From positions 13,640,001 to 13,704,000 of the forward strand of contig NC_073403.1 of NCBI RefSeq assembly GCF_028641065.1: a DNA stretch of 64,000 nt. The letters are read 5' to 3'. Numbering within the stretch: the first letter of the stretch is position 1; each line of letters opens with the position of its first letter. The position numbers and the translations under genes were made by a program. Below the pieces are notes generated by a model. The model ran no database searches. It had not been told where the DNA came from and saw only the letters and a list, made by a program, of their open reading frames with translations. The DNA is from Leucoraja erinacea. Its lineage: Eukaryota. Positions 37,658-49,734 of the stretch are shown here, one piece after another.

Positions 37658-38316
37658 GTAAGAGTACAGTGCATCATCTTTGCTTATGTCTGAGTTATCT
37701 ACAGATCAAAAACACTCAATGGCCATCTGTTGTACCTATTTTAATGCAATGGGACCAACTAGTAAGATAAATGAACTCAAAAACTTAATTAACACTTAGA
37801 AGACATTTGGACAGGTGCATGGATAGGAAACTTTTACAGGGATATGGGCAAAACGTAGGCAAGTGGGACTACTGTAGGTGGGGCATCTTGGTCAGCACAG
37901 GCAAGTTGAGGCCTAAGGCAAAGAGTGGTCATGCTACATCACTGGCCGACTGGATTACGCTAAATCCAAATGTGTTTTATGTATATTAAGGACAAAAAAG
38001 AATAACCAGGAAAAGAGTGGGGACCTTTAGGGATAATGCACAATCTGTGTGTGCAGCTGGAAAGTGTAGTTGAGATTCAAAATTAATACTTTTCATCGGT
38101 ATTCACAAAAGAAACAATTGGCAGTTACAGTGAAAAGGAAAGTGAAATACAAATGTATAAATATAGAAGAGGTATTCGATGTCTTGGTGGTGTTAAAAGT
38201 AGATAAACCCACGGGACCAGGTGAGAATTATCCCAGGCTCCCATCAGTGTAATATATGTGACGAAGAAGGTGGACGTGTCTGAATCATGCATTCTTCTCC
38301 ACTACTCCCAAAACAG

Positions 38317-38484
38317 GGTAAGCTGAAAGCTGATAAAAATCGTGCTCGTGTGGAGGAGAACTTTCTGAAGATGACGCATACACAGCGTCAGGAAGCTGCT
38401 CAGATTCGCAGGGAGGAAAAAAAACGGGCTGAAAAAGAAAGAATTATGAATGAGGAGGACCCAGAAAAACAACGCAGGCTTGAG
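38317..38484 (+). CDS. CCDC47: CCDC47 coding exon 11 (coiled coil)
   Basis: [56 protein letters not shown]. Confidence 0.97.
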
Positions 38485-39495
38485 GTACGGAATAATCCTG
38501 CGTTGGCAATTATGTGATCAGGAACTAACCAGTGGTATCATTTAAACCAACCAAGGAATGTCAGCAGCAAGGAGAGTTACTTGGTAGGACGTAAAGGACA
38601 TCTTATGTTGACCTTGCCCATCGATTCTGTGGAGGTAGCATTACACAGTTCCTCGTGTCAGTGCTTACAAAGTAGAAGCAGGAGCAGCACATTCAGATCC
38701 TCAAGCCTGCGCAGCCATTCAATAGGATAATATCTGACTCATTGCAATCCTTCCTCTGCAATTCCGCCAATTCCCTGTGAGAATCTTATCTCCCTCTGCC
38801 TTAATAAAAACATTCAAAGAAACTGCTACCCCTGCCGTTTGAGGAAGCTGTAAAGATGCAACCTTTGATAGAATACAGCTGAACTATGCGTTAAATGGAC
38901 AACTATTTTTGAACAATAAAAGCAAATTCCAAAATCTCCCATGAGAGGATATTCTCCACGTTCATTGTATTGAAATCCTTCAACAGAGTCCCCTCTATAT
39001 CCCTTAACTTCCCTCCTTCCCTGCTACCACTACATTCTTGTTTGGTCCCCCACTTCACTGGTTTCCTATATCATGGTGTTGTGGTCATTAGTTTACCCAC
39101 CCTGCAGCCTTCGTTAATCGCTATTGTCATTTCAGAACTGTTTGCACATATGCACAGTTGGTTTGCACATATTGTGATCCCACAAATGATAATGTAATGA
39201 TGCTCAGATAAGTTAAGGTTGAGAGAATAACTTTGGTGGGAAGTGGAAGAGGAACTGAGGGAAGTCTCACCAAATTGTGGTAACAGATTGAGGAGGAGAA
39301 ACAGGGCTTCAATTCATCTGAAAGACTACTTCAGTGATGTACTACTCCCCCAGTACGTGTCCGTCTAGGTATTGAGCTGAAATCTCCATTGTAGAAGGAA
39401 ACCCCAACTCTCCGTGACATATGCCCAATTTGTTGCAGGGTTTCATTTCTCCCTTGTGCCCCTTGCATGGTTTAATTGTTTCCTATTCCTCACAG

Positions 39496-39576
39496 GAGGC
39501 CGCTCTCCGTCGAGAGCAGAAGAAACAAGAGAAGCGGCAGATGAAGATGAAACAGATCAAAGTGAAAGCAATGTAG
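39496..39576 (+). CDS. CCDC47: CCDC47 last coding exon
   Basis: EAALRREQKKQEKRQMKMKQIKVKAM*; joined CDS is 1434 nt = 477 aa, open throughout. Confidence 0.97.
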   Translation, partial: EAALRREQKKQEKRQMKMKQIKVKAM

Positions 39577-41179
39577 AACCACCAAATAACCAGGGGCTGG
39601 GAAAGGTGGGCTGCTTTCTGGAGACAGCAGACCACATCAAATTGAAATGTTTGATTTTATTGAAAAAAAAAACTCAGGGCACTCAAAAGTTGGTTCTGCA
39701 GTTTTTACAACCTGTTCCGTATGCTGTTCTTGGACAATCTTGAGTAGTTTACTCTTCTTTTCTCTTCATCTACTCTTGTCCTCAATTCTGCATGAAAGTC
39801 TTTATATGTTCTATATGGTGCTGAGGTCAGGCATGGAGTTTAAGCTGATGGTTTGGGCATTTGTGCCACATAGCAAACAATGGGATTCAAGTGCTGTTGT
39901 GGATCCCAGTTTAACCCTCTAGTTTACAGCAGACCAAAATTGCAGATGATAGATTTATCACACTGGTACACCCTGCATATTCAGAGTTTTTATTTAATGA
40001 AGAACCTCAAACAAGTTTCATTGAATTTGAATGGTCATTAAAGACTCTTGGCAACACTGAACTGCACGGATTAGTGTGAAAGCTATGTGGTGGCTGTGAT
40101 CTGTTCCATGCAATATGATTGAGCAATATGAATCCTGTGGAGAATGAGGCTCCAACCCAGTGACTGAAAGCAATTCTCAGTTGCTGGACTGGTTACTGGG
40201 CTCAGTGGTTTGGGCTGTAGTTCTAAATCTCCTATGTTGCTGCACTAGAGTGGCAATGTCTGCTGGGTTTCTGCACCTGAGCATTTTCATTGTTCTTCTT
40301 TGCCTTCTTTACTACTTCATGGCTTCTTCTCACGAATTGCACTCTTGGACATCAGACAAGGACAAGATTATTGTATCTTTGCATTAGCTTAACACATTAA
40401 ACAGGTGATCAAAACTCCACATTAGTGAGTGGCCAATTTAATTATGAAGAGTAGACATTGTTCTAGAACAAAACCATGCTTAATCTGTTTCAAAGAGGGA
40501 CTTTATGTTGGGTGGGGATGAGAATGGAAGGAGTGTGGAACAATGTCATTCTGGCCGGTTGCTGCAATTTGGACTATGCCTGGCTCCACGTATCTGAATT
40601 TTTGGTCAGTGAGAAACATCCTCCTTTGTTCATTCAGGTGTCTGGACATCTACAGCACCAAAGCAAGTAGTTTTTACAGTATCCTGGTGGAATGAACAGG
40701 CCACACGCTATCCAAATCCACAGCGGTGCATGTTCCTCTTGTCAAAGGTCACTGCTCAGCAGCAGTCATGTGATGGGAACTGCAAAATGTACAGGAGGCT
40801 GCAGATCTTCAGCTTAAGGCCTTGAAACCTGTCCTTTTATTCATCCCTTAAGTCAAGTTGTTGGGACTGCCCTGTGCATGTGGCCAACAAAGGCAAACAA
40901 TAAAGATATGTATCTCCGTGTGATGGAAAGCATTCGGTTCATGTATTGGCTACAGATTTCATGGCACCATCTAACAAAGATAGCATCGATTTTCAAGAAG
41001 TCCAACAAGTGCTTAATATGTGCTCTCTGAATCTAGTCAGTCCCTGGCAGGCTTTCATATGGATTTATCTGGCATGGGGAAAGAAGCAAGAGATGAAGAT
41101 GTTTGGTCAACAATGCAATCACTCTTTCCAACACTCAGTTTGCTGCCTTGTAACATTCACCAGTAATCCCAAAATACAC

Positions 41180-41336
41180 AAAATGCCGGAGTAACTCAGC
41201 GGGACAGGCAGCATCTCTGGAGAGAAGGAATGAGTGACCCCACCATCCCGCCCAGCACCAGACCTCACAGGGTCACCCATTCATTCTCTCCAGAGATGCT
41301 GCCTGTCCCGCCGAGTTACTCCAGCACTTTGTGTCC
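41180..41336. mobile_element. Fold-back Penelope-derived mini-element in the probable CCDC47 3' UTR
   Basis: ~65-bp inverted arms (41176-41240 and 41270-41334); 14-bp TSD ATCCCAAAATACAC at 41166-41179 and 41337-41350. Confidence 0.88.
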
Positions 41337-41713
41337 ATCCCAAAATACACGTTAACATTTCCAGTGGCCTAGCATCTTTCCCATTCAAGATGTATTTTTG
41401 GACTTGGCTACGGACTGTGTTAGTGCTAGAAGCATTAGTGAGCTCTTTGGAGGATTATCTGTGAATTCAGGATGAGGCTTACCGAGACGTGTCACCTAAC
41501 TGAAGAATTAATTTGTCAACCTATTCCTCATCTTCAGCCATTAACTCTGCAGCTGACATAATCCTGCATCTAAACACCACATGGAGGCCAGAACTTGAAC
41601 TGCAATATCAGATATTTGCACCTCGACAGATGAGAATGTGGTGAATAAGTGTTTTGGAATCCATCCTATGGTACTGCATTCTAGGACAAGCCTCCACAAT
41701 TGGTTTTAAATGT

Positions 41714-42389
41714 GGTTTTAAAAGGAACGTAGACAGTCACTCAAGAGTATTTAGTATGCAAAGGATAATGCCAAGCCAATGAGTTTAATACATAATTCCT
41801 GTAATGTGGTTAAATGATACATTTTAGTAGAATATTTTAAATCTGCTTTTTGACATGTTAAAATGTTGAACTTTCAATTACATGTCTTCTGACCCCTTTC
41901 ATCTGAGTAATTCTCTCCTAAACTATATTGCCTTGACATTTTCTTTCTCACACCACACACTCCCACTTTATGCCATGTCAAAGTTCCAGATTTCTATTGT
42001 TTATATTAATAGGTGCTTCCTGATATCACTTCAAAATTGCCCAATACTCCCTGAAGCCTGAATGTTGCACATGTTGCTCATGCAATGGTCCTGGATTTTT
42101 ATAAAATCAGCAAGAAACTGTTTAACCAAATGCTTAAATATATATTAACCCTGTCTTCCAGACCAGCCATAATATGGGATTCAGGTGGTATGATGCCAAG
42201 CATCAGCCTCTACATTAGAGCAATGAACCAGTTTAATCTTAAGCACCATTGATCGGTTATGCAATTCAAACTACATGTGCAAGGTATTGCGGTTTTAAAA
42301 GGAGCTTAGACAGTCACTCAGGGGTATTAGTATGCAAAGTAAAGTACCATATCAATGAGTTTGGTATAGTTTCTGTAAAGTGGCTAAAT
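41714..42389 (+). repeat. Diverged ~100-bp dispersed direct repeat pair
   Basis: ggttttaaaagga-c-tagacagtcactca-g-gtatt-agtatgcaaag...caatgagttt...ctgtaa-gtgg-taaat at 41714-41815 and 42291-42389. Confidence 0.85.
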
Positions 42390-43013
42390 TTGGCCAACAG
42401 TAAGACTCAAAAATAGTCATGAGCCAGACACTACTGGCTGGCCTTGTGTGCTGGTACCCACTCTTGAATAACCCAAGAGGGTTCAGGTTGGGCCTTCAGT
42501 GGGTTAGTTCATTTCAAACCCTCAATCATGGGTTTGTGTGCACAAAGATCCTGGGAAGGGGGTCAAAAGAGTTGCATCCCAGCAGTGTTAACATGCCCAA
42601 GATAGAAGAGGAGGAAATGGGTAGAAAAATAGTTACATATTCAGTTGTATATTGGACTAGAGCCTGTAAAATTCAATATGATGTTAATGTTAAAGTAAAT
42701 TTCCACTTGTACATTTGAGGCGAAAGGAACTTTCCTAAGGATATGAATCCAGTCCTTGGAATTTACAGCCGCAGGGTACAGCCGTGACTAATCTCTGTTC
42801 TGGGTGTAAAGCCTAAGCCCTTTGCCACTTTACACTAAAATTGCTTCTCCTGGTATTTCATGCATTGTATCTGGCATTTTAACTCAATGCTGCAGAGTCA
42901 CACACGTTTGAAAGAGGGGAGGGTGCAAGCAGAATCTTTATGTTCTTGAGTTTATTTAAGTAAATGGATAATTATTGAATCTATCATGGTATGTGTGTGG
43001 TAAGCATGGACTT

Positions 43014-43080
43014 AATAAAAAAAACTTTTATATTAGAAAAAAAGCCTTGCGTTATGTAGTTCTGTTTTTCTTTGGGTTTG
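43014..43080 (+). terminator. CCDC47: Probable CCDC47 polyadenylation signal
   Basis: AATAAA at 43014-43019 followed by GU/U-rich gttctgtttttctttgggtttg; alternative proximal AATAAA at 40899-40904. Confidence 0.6.
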
Positions 43081-43602
43081 AACTAAATGGATTTCCATCA
43101 CACCCAAATACAGCAGAAGCTAGAAATAAAAGCAAGAAGCCATAGTATCTCGGGCAATAATAAAGTGAAATGTATAACATTGCAAGTCAAAAATCTTCCA
43201 TCACAACATGTCGCCATTCTTTCTTGCAAAAAATTGTTCTCTGCACTTTTTTTTAAGGAGTTCCCAAAGCACATTGGGAACATAGCTTTAATGTGAATTT
43301 TGTGCTGATAAGAATGAGGGGTTTTGAGTAATGACAGATCAAACACGCCCAACAATAAAAGCATTCATTTTTTTCTATCCACGTGGCATTTCCAACATTT
43401 TCTGATTTAATGGCAGTATTCCACAACTTTTAGCTTTTGCTTGCAAATAATTAAGGACAGGTACACCAAAGATTAGATACATTGTGCTTCAACCTAAAGG
43501 GTAGTAACTTAAGGAGTGGTTGCATAAACTTGGACTGTTTTTTCTCCTGGAGCCTTCAGTGGCTGAGGGGAGACCCGATGAAAATACTTAGATTATGAGA
43601 GG

Positions 43603-43785
43603 GTACACACAAAATGCTGGAGTAACTCAGCGGGACAGGCAGCATCTCTGGAGACTGTAGAAGGGTCTCGACCCGAAACGTCTCCCATTCCTTCTCTCCA
43701 GAGATGTTGCCTGTCCTGCTGAGTTACTCCAGCATTTTGTGTCTACCTTCGATTTAAGCAAGCATCTGCAGTTCTTTCCTACACA
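43603..43785 (+). mobile_element. Fold-back Penelope-derived mini-element with hammerhead-like core, nested in a CR1 remnant (~43510-44077)
   Basis: 14-bp TSD TAGATTATGAGAGG at 43589-43602 and 43786-43799; ~48-bp inverted arms enclosing CTGTAGAAGGGTCTCGACCCGAAACGTC. Confidence 0.88.
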
Positions 43786-45049
43786 TAGATTATGAGAGGC
43801 ATGGATAGGGTGGACCGTCATGACCTTTAACACCAGGTGGAAATGGCAAATACTGGAGGGCACAGCTATGAGGCCAGAGGGAGAAAGTTTAAATGAGATA
43901 TGTGGGGTGTTTTGGTTTTTTTTTTAATCAAGAGTGGCATGTGGTTTTTAAAGAGGTGTTTACATAGACAGATGAACAGGTAAGGAATGGAGTGATTAAT
44001 TTAAATTGGTATATTGTGCAGCACAGCAATGGTGGGCTGAGAGGCCTGTTCCTGTGCTGTACTGCTCTATGTTCTAACTATTGCCTGTTCTCCATGAGTG
44101 ATAAGATTACATTTTCAGCACCAGTTGTTCTGGGTGAATTATTATTGGAGTAAAAAAGAGTTCAAAGGTTCTCCAAAAGGCAGTTTGTGCTGACTGCTTA
44201 TTTGGAACTAGATTGGATTTTAGAAAATGTATCCTGTGGCCCAACGCTTGTTTAGGAAGATTCACTTTGGGGTGTCTGCCAAGGAGTTATATAATGTGTA
44301 CTGTAATTATGTACATTTGAGTTTTGCTTGTCTGGTAAATGAATTAGATTAATTGAAATGCATCCAATCTCCATATAATTTCCATTAGTGCACATAATTA
44401 AGCTGCTCTGATAGATTAGTTCTTTCAGAAATCATGTAATTGGGCAATAGTAGCAAAAATTAATGTACTGAACTTGCAAATTAAAACGTTGGATTTCAGA
44501 AAAGGAAATCCAAATCACCATGACAGCTGGGCGACTCATAGTTACATTATGGAATGAAAAGTTAGTATCAGTGACTGTGACTCTTTTACTATTCAGGTCT
44601 ACCAAAGTATATTACTAATATTCCAATTGTCTACATATGTAGGGATGGTGCCTGACGACTGGAAAATTGAAAATGGTACACCCAATTGCTTAAAAAATGT
44701 TTTAAACAAAAGCTGAACTCCAGATCAGTCACTTTATATCTGATAGGGGGGCATACCAGTAATAATCAGAGGCAGAATTAGCTGTCAAATTAATAAGTGT
44801 GGATTGATTAGAGAAAACCAACAATGGTTTTTTTTTAAGGCAGACAGACATTTGCCTAACTTGATTTTCTTTTGATCAAGTAACAGAGCCCATGATGAAA
44901 ATATTTTAAGGTATAGGAAACTGGCTTAAGAAATGGGAAACAATAATGGGAGTGAAGTGTACACTTGAGTTCCCCAGGGATTGGTAGTTGTCTATTGTCT
45001 CTTCTAGTATTTCTAAATTATGTATCTTGATGCATTGTGGAGGAAGTGA

Positions 45050-45770
45050 ATGTTTAGGGTAATAGATGGGGTACTGATCAGTGGGGCTGTTTTTATCGTG
45101 GTTGGTGAGGAGCTTAATGGGAGTTGCTTGCACTGCACTCATTCAGGGAAGTGGAGATCATCCCATTATGTCACTTTTATCTGTCTTTATGAAAGGCTTT
45201 GACGCCCTAAGAAAATATGAATCTGCCACAGAATGCCCAGCCACTGCTCTGATTTTATGGCCACGGTATTTATGTGGCTATCCAGTTGAGTGTCTGGTCA
45301 ATGATGACCCCAGGATATTGATAGTGGGAAACTTGGTGATAATAAGGCCATTGGTTGTTAAAGGTTAAATTCTCGTTGGGATGGTCATTGCCTGGCATTT
45401 TTGTCGGTGTGAACGTTACTTGCCACTGATCACCACATGCCTGAGTGCTATTGAGGTCTTGCAACATTCAGTCTTGGACAACTTCATTTGCTAAGGAAAT
45501 GTAAGTGGAACTGAAAACTTATGCAATCATTGACAAACATATCAATTTCTGAATCTATGCTGGAACAAAGGTCGTTGAAGTCGCTAAAGATGCTGAGAAC
45601 ACGGCTCTGCCTTGAAAACGTTTGCATTGATCTCTTGGTCCCACTATAACCATCTTGCTTTGTACAAGGTATGACCCCAGTGGAGTGTGTTCCTTGTGAT
45701 TATTATTTGTCGTAACAAGATTCCTTGCTACCAAGAACAGTCACTCAACCTTGGAATTCAGGCATTTGGT
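45050..45770 (-). mobile_element. Old CR1-like LINE fragment (second family)
   Basis: MLQDLNSTQACGDQWQVTFTP resembles the LQxDLDxIQxWADKWQVTF RT C-terminal motif. Confidence 0.6.
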
Positions 45771-45910
45771 CCTCGTTTGGATAAAACCTCCGAGGAGGGC
45801 TGGATCACGGTGTTGCTGACACGGGCTCGTTGGGCCGAATGGTCAAATTCTGTTTCCATTCTGGTTTATACCTACCTCTGCCCGTCTCCCTCACAACTCC
45901 CGGTCCCACT

Positions 45911-46334
45911 GTGTAGGAAGGAACTGCAGTTGCGGGTTCAAACCGAAAATAGACACAAAATGCTGAAGCAACTCAGCGGGTCAGGCAGCATATCTGAGGA
46001 GAAGGTATGGGTGACGTTTCAGGTCGGAGCCAGACTGAGTTACTCCAGCACTTTGTTTGCATTTCCTTGTTTCTACAAGAGTCCATGACCCCGAATCGTA
46101 AAGATAATTCAAGAAATGCTGGAGAGCAGAGGTCGTTGGAAACAGCAGGTTAGGCACGATCTGTGGAGAATGAAACATTCAAGTTGAATGAAAGGTTCCA
46201 CTGAAAGGTTTTGTGCGGAAAACAGAAACGTCAGTGATTCCTTCTGTCCAGAGATGCTGCCTGTCCCGCTGAGTTACTCCAGCATATTGTGCCTATCTTC
46301 GATTTAAACCGGCATCTGCAGTTCCTTCCTACAC
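45911..46334. mobile_element. Inverted pair of Penelope terminal-repeat copies
   Basis: gtgtaggaaggaactgcag...gacgtttc (45911-46020) and its complement gaaacgtc...ctgcagttccttcctacac (46225-46334). Confidence 0.82.
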
Positions 46335-46559
46335 ATCCCAAGATGTTTCACAGGAGTGGCAGTAGACACAGTTTGATAGATAATCACTAAAGGGTGTGTT
46401 AGTGCACATGAGCAAAAGATAACCCAAAGAAGTTTTAAGGTTGTCTTCAGAGATGAGAGAGGGAGAAGTGAGATTAAGAAGGGAACTCCGCTATTAACTT
46501 GCAGTTGGCAGCAAATATACTAGAGGAGCTCTCCTCTAGGATCTTTGGTTGGCAGTCCC

Positions 46560-47000
46560 ACTGTGTCAGGTTGGGCTACTGTCGCGCATGCGAGCTTGCT
46601 CCCCTGCCGGTACCGCTCCAGTGCGCATGCGAGCTTGCTCCCCTGCCGGTACCGCTCCAGTGCGCATGCACAGGCCAGGTCGGCGCCGCTCCAGTGCGCA
46701 TGCACATGCCACGGCCGGCACCCGACGGGGATCGCTCGTCTCGTCCACCGGATGTCTGTGGATGCGCGGGGACGCGGGGGGCCGGTGAGTGAGTGAGTGA
46801 GTGAGCCGCTGTGAGTGGCGAGGAGTGGCCCGCGGCCGGGCCTGGTCATGGCGGATCCGCAGCGTGTTAGCTGGGGCTGCTGGGCTACACCCGGGCGTCT
46901 GAGTCTAATGGCCCCTGTTCGTTGCGACGGGCAAGATTGGAGCTGAAGTGGAACTCTCGGCTCTGGGGATCTTAGGAAGCGGCAGGATGTCGTTTGTGCA
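46560..47000 (+). promoter_or_regulatory. TACO1: CpG-island promoter and probable non-coding exon 1 of TACO1 (donor after 46784)
   Basis: Four GCGCATGC NRF1-type cores (46584, 46623, 46662, 46696), ETS-like CCGGATGT (~46748), donor CCG|GTGAGT; the ATG exon is preceded by a strong acceptor at 48361. Confidence 0.72.
46584..46704. repeat. 39-bp tandem repeat carrying NRF1-type motifs
   Basis: gcgcatgcgagcttgctcccctgccggtaccgctccagt x2 exact, plus a shorter diverged unit. Confidence 0.92.
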
Positions 47001-48383
47001 AAATAGAACATGATCTGAACGGGACTGAAATGTTGACACGTTGACCATTAAATGTTTGCAGCCAACACAGAAATTGTCGGAGTTGTAGATAGTGAGGGAG
47101 GTCGTCTAAAAGGATTCAACAAGTAAGGTCATGGAGTTATCTAACAATGAAACAGGCCCTTCAGCCCGACGTATCTATGCTGACCATTATGTCTACCTGG
47201 GCTAGTAACATTTGCCTTCATTTAGCTCATATCCCCATAACCTTTATGCGTGTACAAATGTCTTTTAAACATTGTAATTTGTACCTTTCTCTGGCAGCTC
47301 CTCTCTACCCGGAGAAAAAGACTGACTTTTCATATTGTCTCCGCCTCTATGGTTGTGTAAACCGCCATAAGATCACATCCTCAACCTCCAACACACCAGG
47401 GAAATAAGTCCCAGCCTATCCATTTTCTCTATAATTCAAGCCCTCCGGTCCTGGTAACATCCTTATGAACGTTTTATGTGCCTTTACCATCTCAATGACA
47501 TAATTTTCTATTGCTGAACAACCAGAACTGCATGCAAAACGCACAGGATCAGTCTTGTGCTTTAAACACAGTACTCAATAGATTAAATAAACAAAGATAA
47601 ATAAATATACATCACAATTTCACGTGAATGACAAAAAGGCAAGGCATGTTAAACTTGATTAGACCATAAGGACCACAATGAAGAACAAATAAATTGGTAG
47701 GGTCAATCATGGCAATCAGTACTCAATTGGGTTAGTCAATTTTATTCAATGATGTGTACGAGTGGCATAAAATTAATGCTACAAGCAGGCACAGAGAGAT
47801 TGGTTCAATAAAAAATTATAGGATACAGATTGAGAGGTTATACCTACCTGAAAAAAATGAGATTTTGCCAACTTTATGTAAAAATTAATAGAAAAGCATA
47901 AGGGGCGTTCTAATAGAAGGTGTTATGAAATAAATTAATGGACTGGATAGACTTCCACTTCTGGGGATACCAAAGTATATGAGCAGTACATAAAATGGTT
48001 AGTAAAAAAATCCAATAATGAATTTGGGATAATTAACTGTTGTGCTGAGATGCAACTTCCTGAAGGGTGATTAGCACTGATGTATTTCAGGGGATAAACA
48101 TGAAGGAGGGAGCAAGGAGTAGAAGGCCATGGTGATGGGGTTGAAAGAAGAGGGGCCGGTTTTGTGGAGCATAAACATTGGGATGAACCAGCTGTGCTGA
48201 ATAGTTATTTGTTCATTATTCTAGTTTGTCCAGAATAGTAAACTTACTAGAAAAAAAACAATAAATAATTGGAGAGATTCAGGCATGATTTGTGGCTGCT
48301 ATTTGCTCCTGATCCAACACCTTCAATCACTTGTGTTCATGTTGTTCATCCTTTTTTGCAGCTGGTCAATCGGATTTGCCACC

Positions 48384-48690
48384 ATGGCTAGAGTTGCCAC
48401 ATTTCGAAGTGTTTGCTTGCGGAATAGAAACTACCTCCTGTCGTCTCTGTGGAATTCAGCCGAGTTGGTGGCAAAGCGCAGAGCTCTCTCACCGGCCTCC
48501 ATTTCCCTCTGCGCCCAAGCAAGCTGCCAGTACAGTCTCCTAGTGCCGTGTGCTGAGATCCACATGTCTGCAGCTAATCATGCAGGACATAACAAGTGGT
48601 CAAAGGTGAAACATATCAAAGGGCCAAAAGATACTGCCAAGAGTCAGGTGTTTGCCAAGCTTTCAATCATGATTCGCATTGCAGTGAAAG
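48384..48690 (+). CDS. TACO1: TACO1 (translational activator of cytochrome c oxidase 1, YebC/PmpR family) coding exon 1 (exon starts 48362)
   Basis: Perfect Kozak GCCACCATGG; Arg-rich, acid-poor presequence followed by [17 protein letters not shown]. Confidence 0.93.
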
Positions 48691-48987
48691 GTAATGTGGA
48701 AACAGTTCATTAATTTTGCTTTTAGCTGAATATGTGTTTACTTATTTTGCTATAATACATTTTATCCACTGGATTCATCTGGTTATAAGAATAACACTAA
48801 CAAAAAATTACTGAACTTCTTATGAATATTTGGCAACATTTTCTTTGAATACAAATTATGGAAATATTTGATTCTAAGATTTCCATTGCACAGTTTTAAC
48901 TGCTGCAATGGGTTGAGGAGAGCTACTATGCTATTTCTATACTGAAGTCCCAGACACAAATTCATTTTATTCTAATTCTTTTTGCAG

Positions 48988-49094
48988 AAGGTGGTTCAAA
49001 TCCTGAGTTTAACTCTCAGCTGGCAAACCTCATTGAGCAGTGCCGAACCAAGAACATGCCTAAAGCATCTATTGAAGCTGCAATTAAAGGTGCA
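48988..49094 (+). CDS. TACO1: TACO1 coding exon 2
   Basis: (E)[35 protein letters not shown]. Confidence 0.96.
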
Positions 49095-49603
49095 GTAAGT
49101 ATTGCATTGCCATCTTGTAACTATTTCAACTCCTGCTATATAGAATCTTTACTAAACAATTTCCTAATTTCTCCTCCAATTCTTCTATCACTTATTTTAA
49201 ATATAAGCCCCTCTGCCTTTTGACTCTTCTGCAAATGGGAGATTGGTCTCGCTTATTTTCTCAAATTATACCCTCATTATTCCCTGCATTTCAATCTCCT
49301 CTATCAAAAAGAAAATACAACTTCCAGCTTAATGAAGTCCTTTCTATAGCAGGGCATAAGATCTGTACTCCAAATATGGCCTTCCCAACATCTTGTGCAG
49401 CTATGTCCCAAGTCAGAAAAATGTACTCGCTTCTTCCTTGCACCGTGGTGACCAGAACTAAGTGCCGAATCCTTGCAGTATTAAGAAGAGGGAAGCCGTG
49501 CAGTGACATCCTACGTCATTGCTGTATGACACACAGCATTGTTAATGGTGCCTTTGATAGTATTTCACCTTTACTGTTTATACGCATGTTTCTTATTTGT
49601 CAG

Positions 49604-49734
49604 AAATCCAAGGCTTCAATCTACTCACTGTATGAAGCAAGAGGTCCAGGAGGGTCGGCCCTGCTCATTGAAGTCCTCACGGACAACAACAGCCGAACAC
49701 TACAACAGCTAAAGAGCATTCTGAACAAAAATGG
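49604..49734 (+). CDS. TACO1: TACO1 coding exon 3
   Basis: KSKASIYSLYEARGPGGSALLIEVLTDNNSRTLQQLKSILNKN(G). Confidence 0.95.

Noticed and set aside
38311-38323. Recursive splice site at the start of CCDC47 coding exon 11 (CAG|GGTAAGC)
   Set aside because: GT is offset by one base from the acceptor, the intron is short, and the sequence is explained by conserved Gly-Lys codons.
41176-41334. miRNA gene or classical MITE
   Set aside because: Arms are copies of a dispersed Penelope terminal repeat, and the 14-bp TSD does not fit common MITE superfamilies; no small-RNA evidence available.
49220-49603. 172-aa ORF extending TACO1 exon 3 upstream
   Set aside because: Upstream part is intronic CR1-derived sequence that is open by chance; the acceptor at 49603 keeps phase with exon 2.
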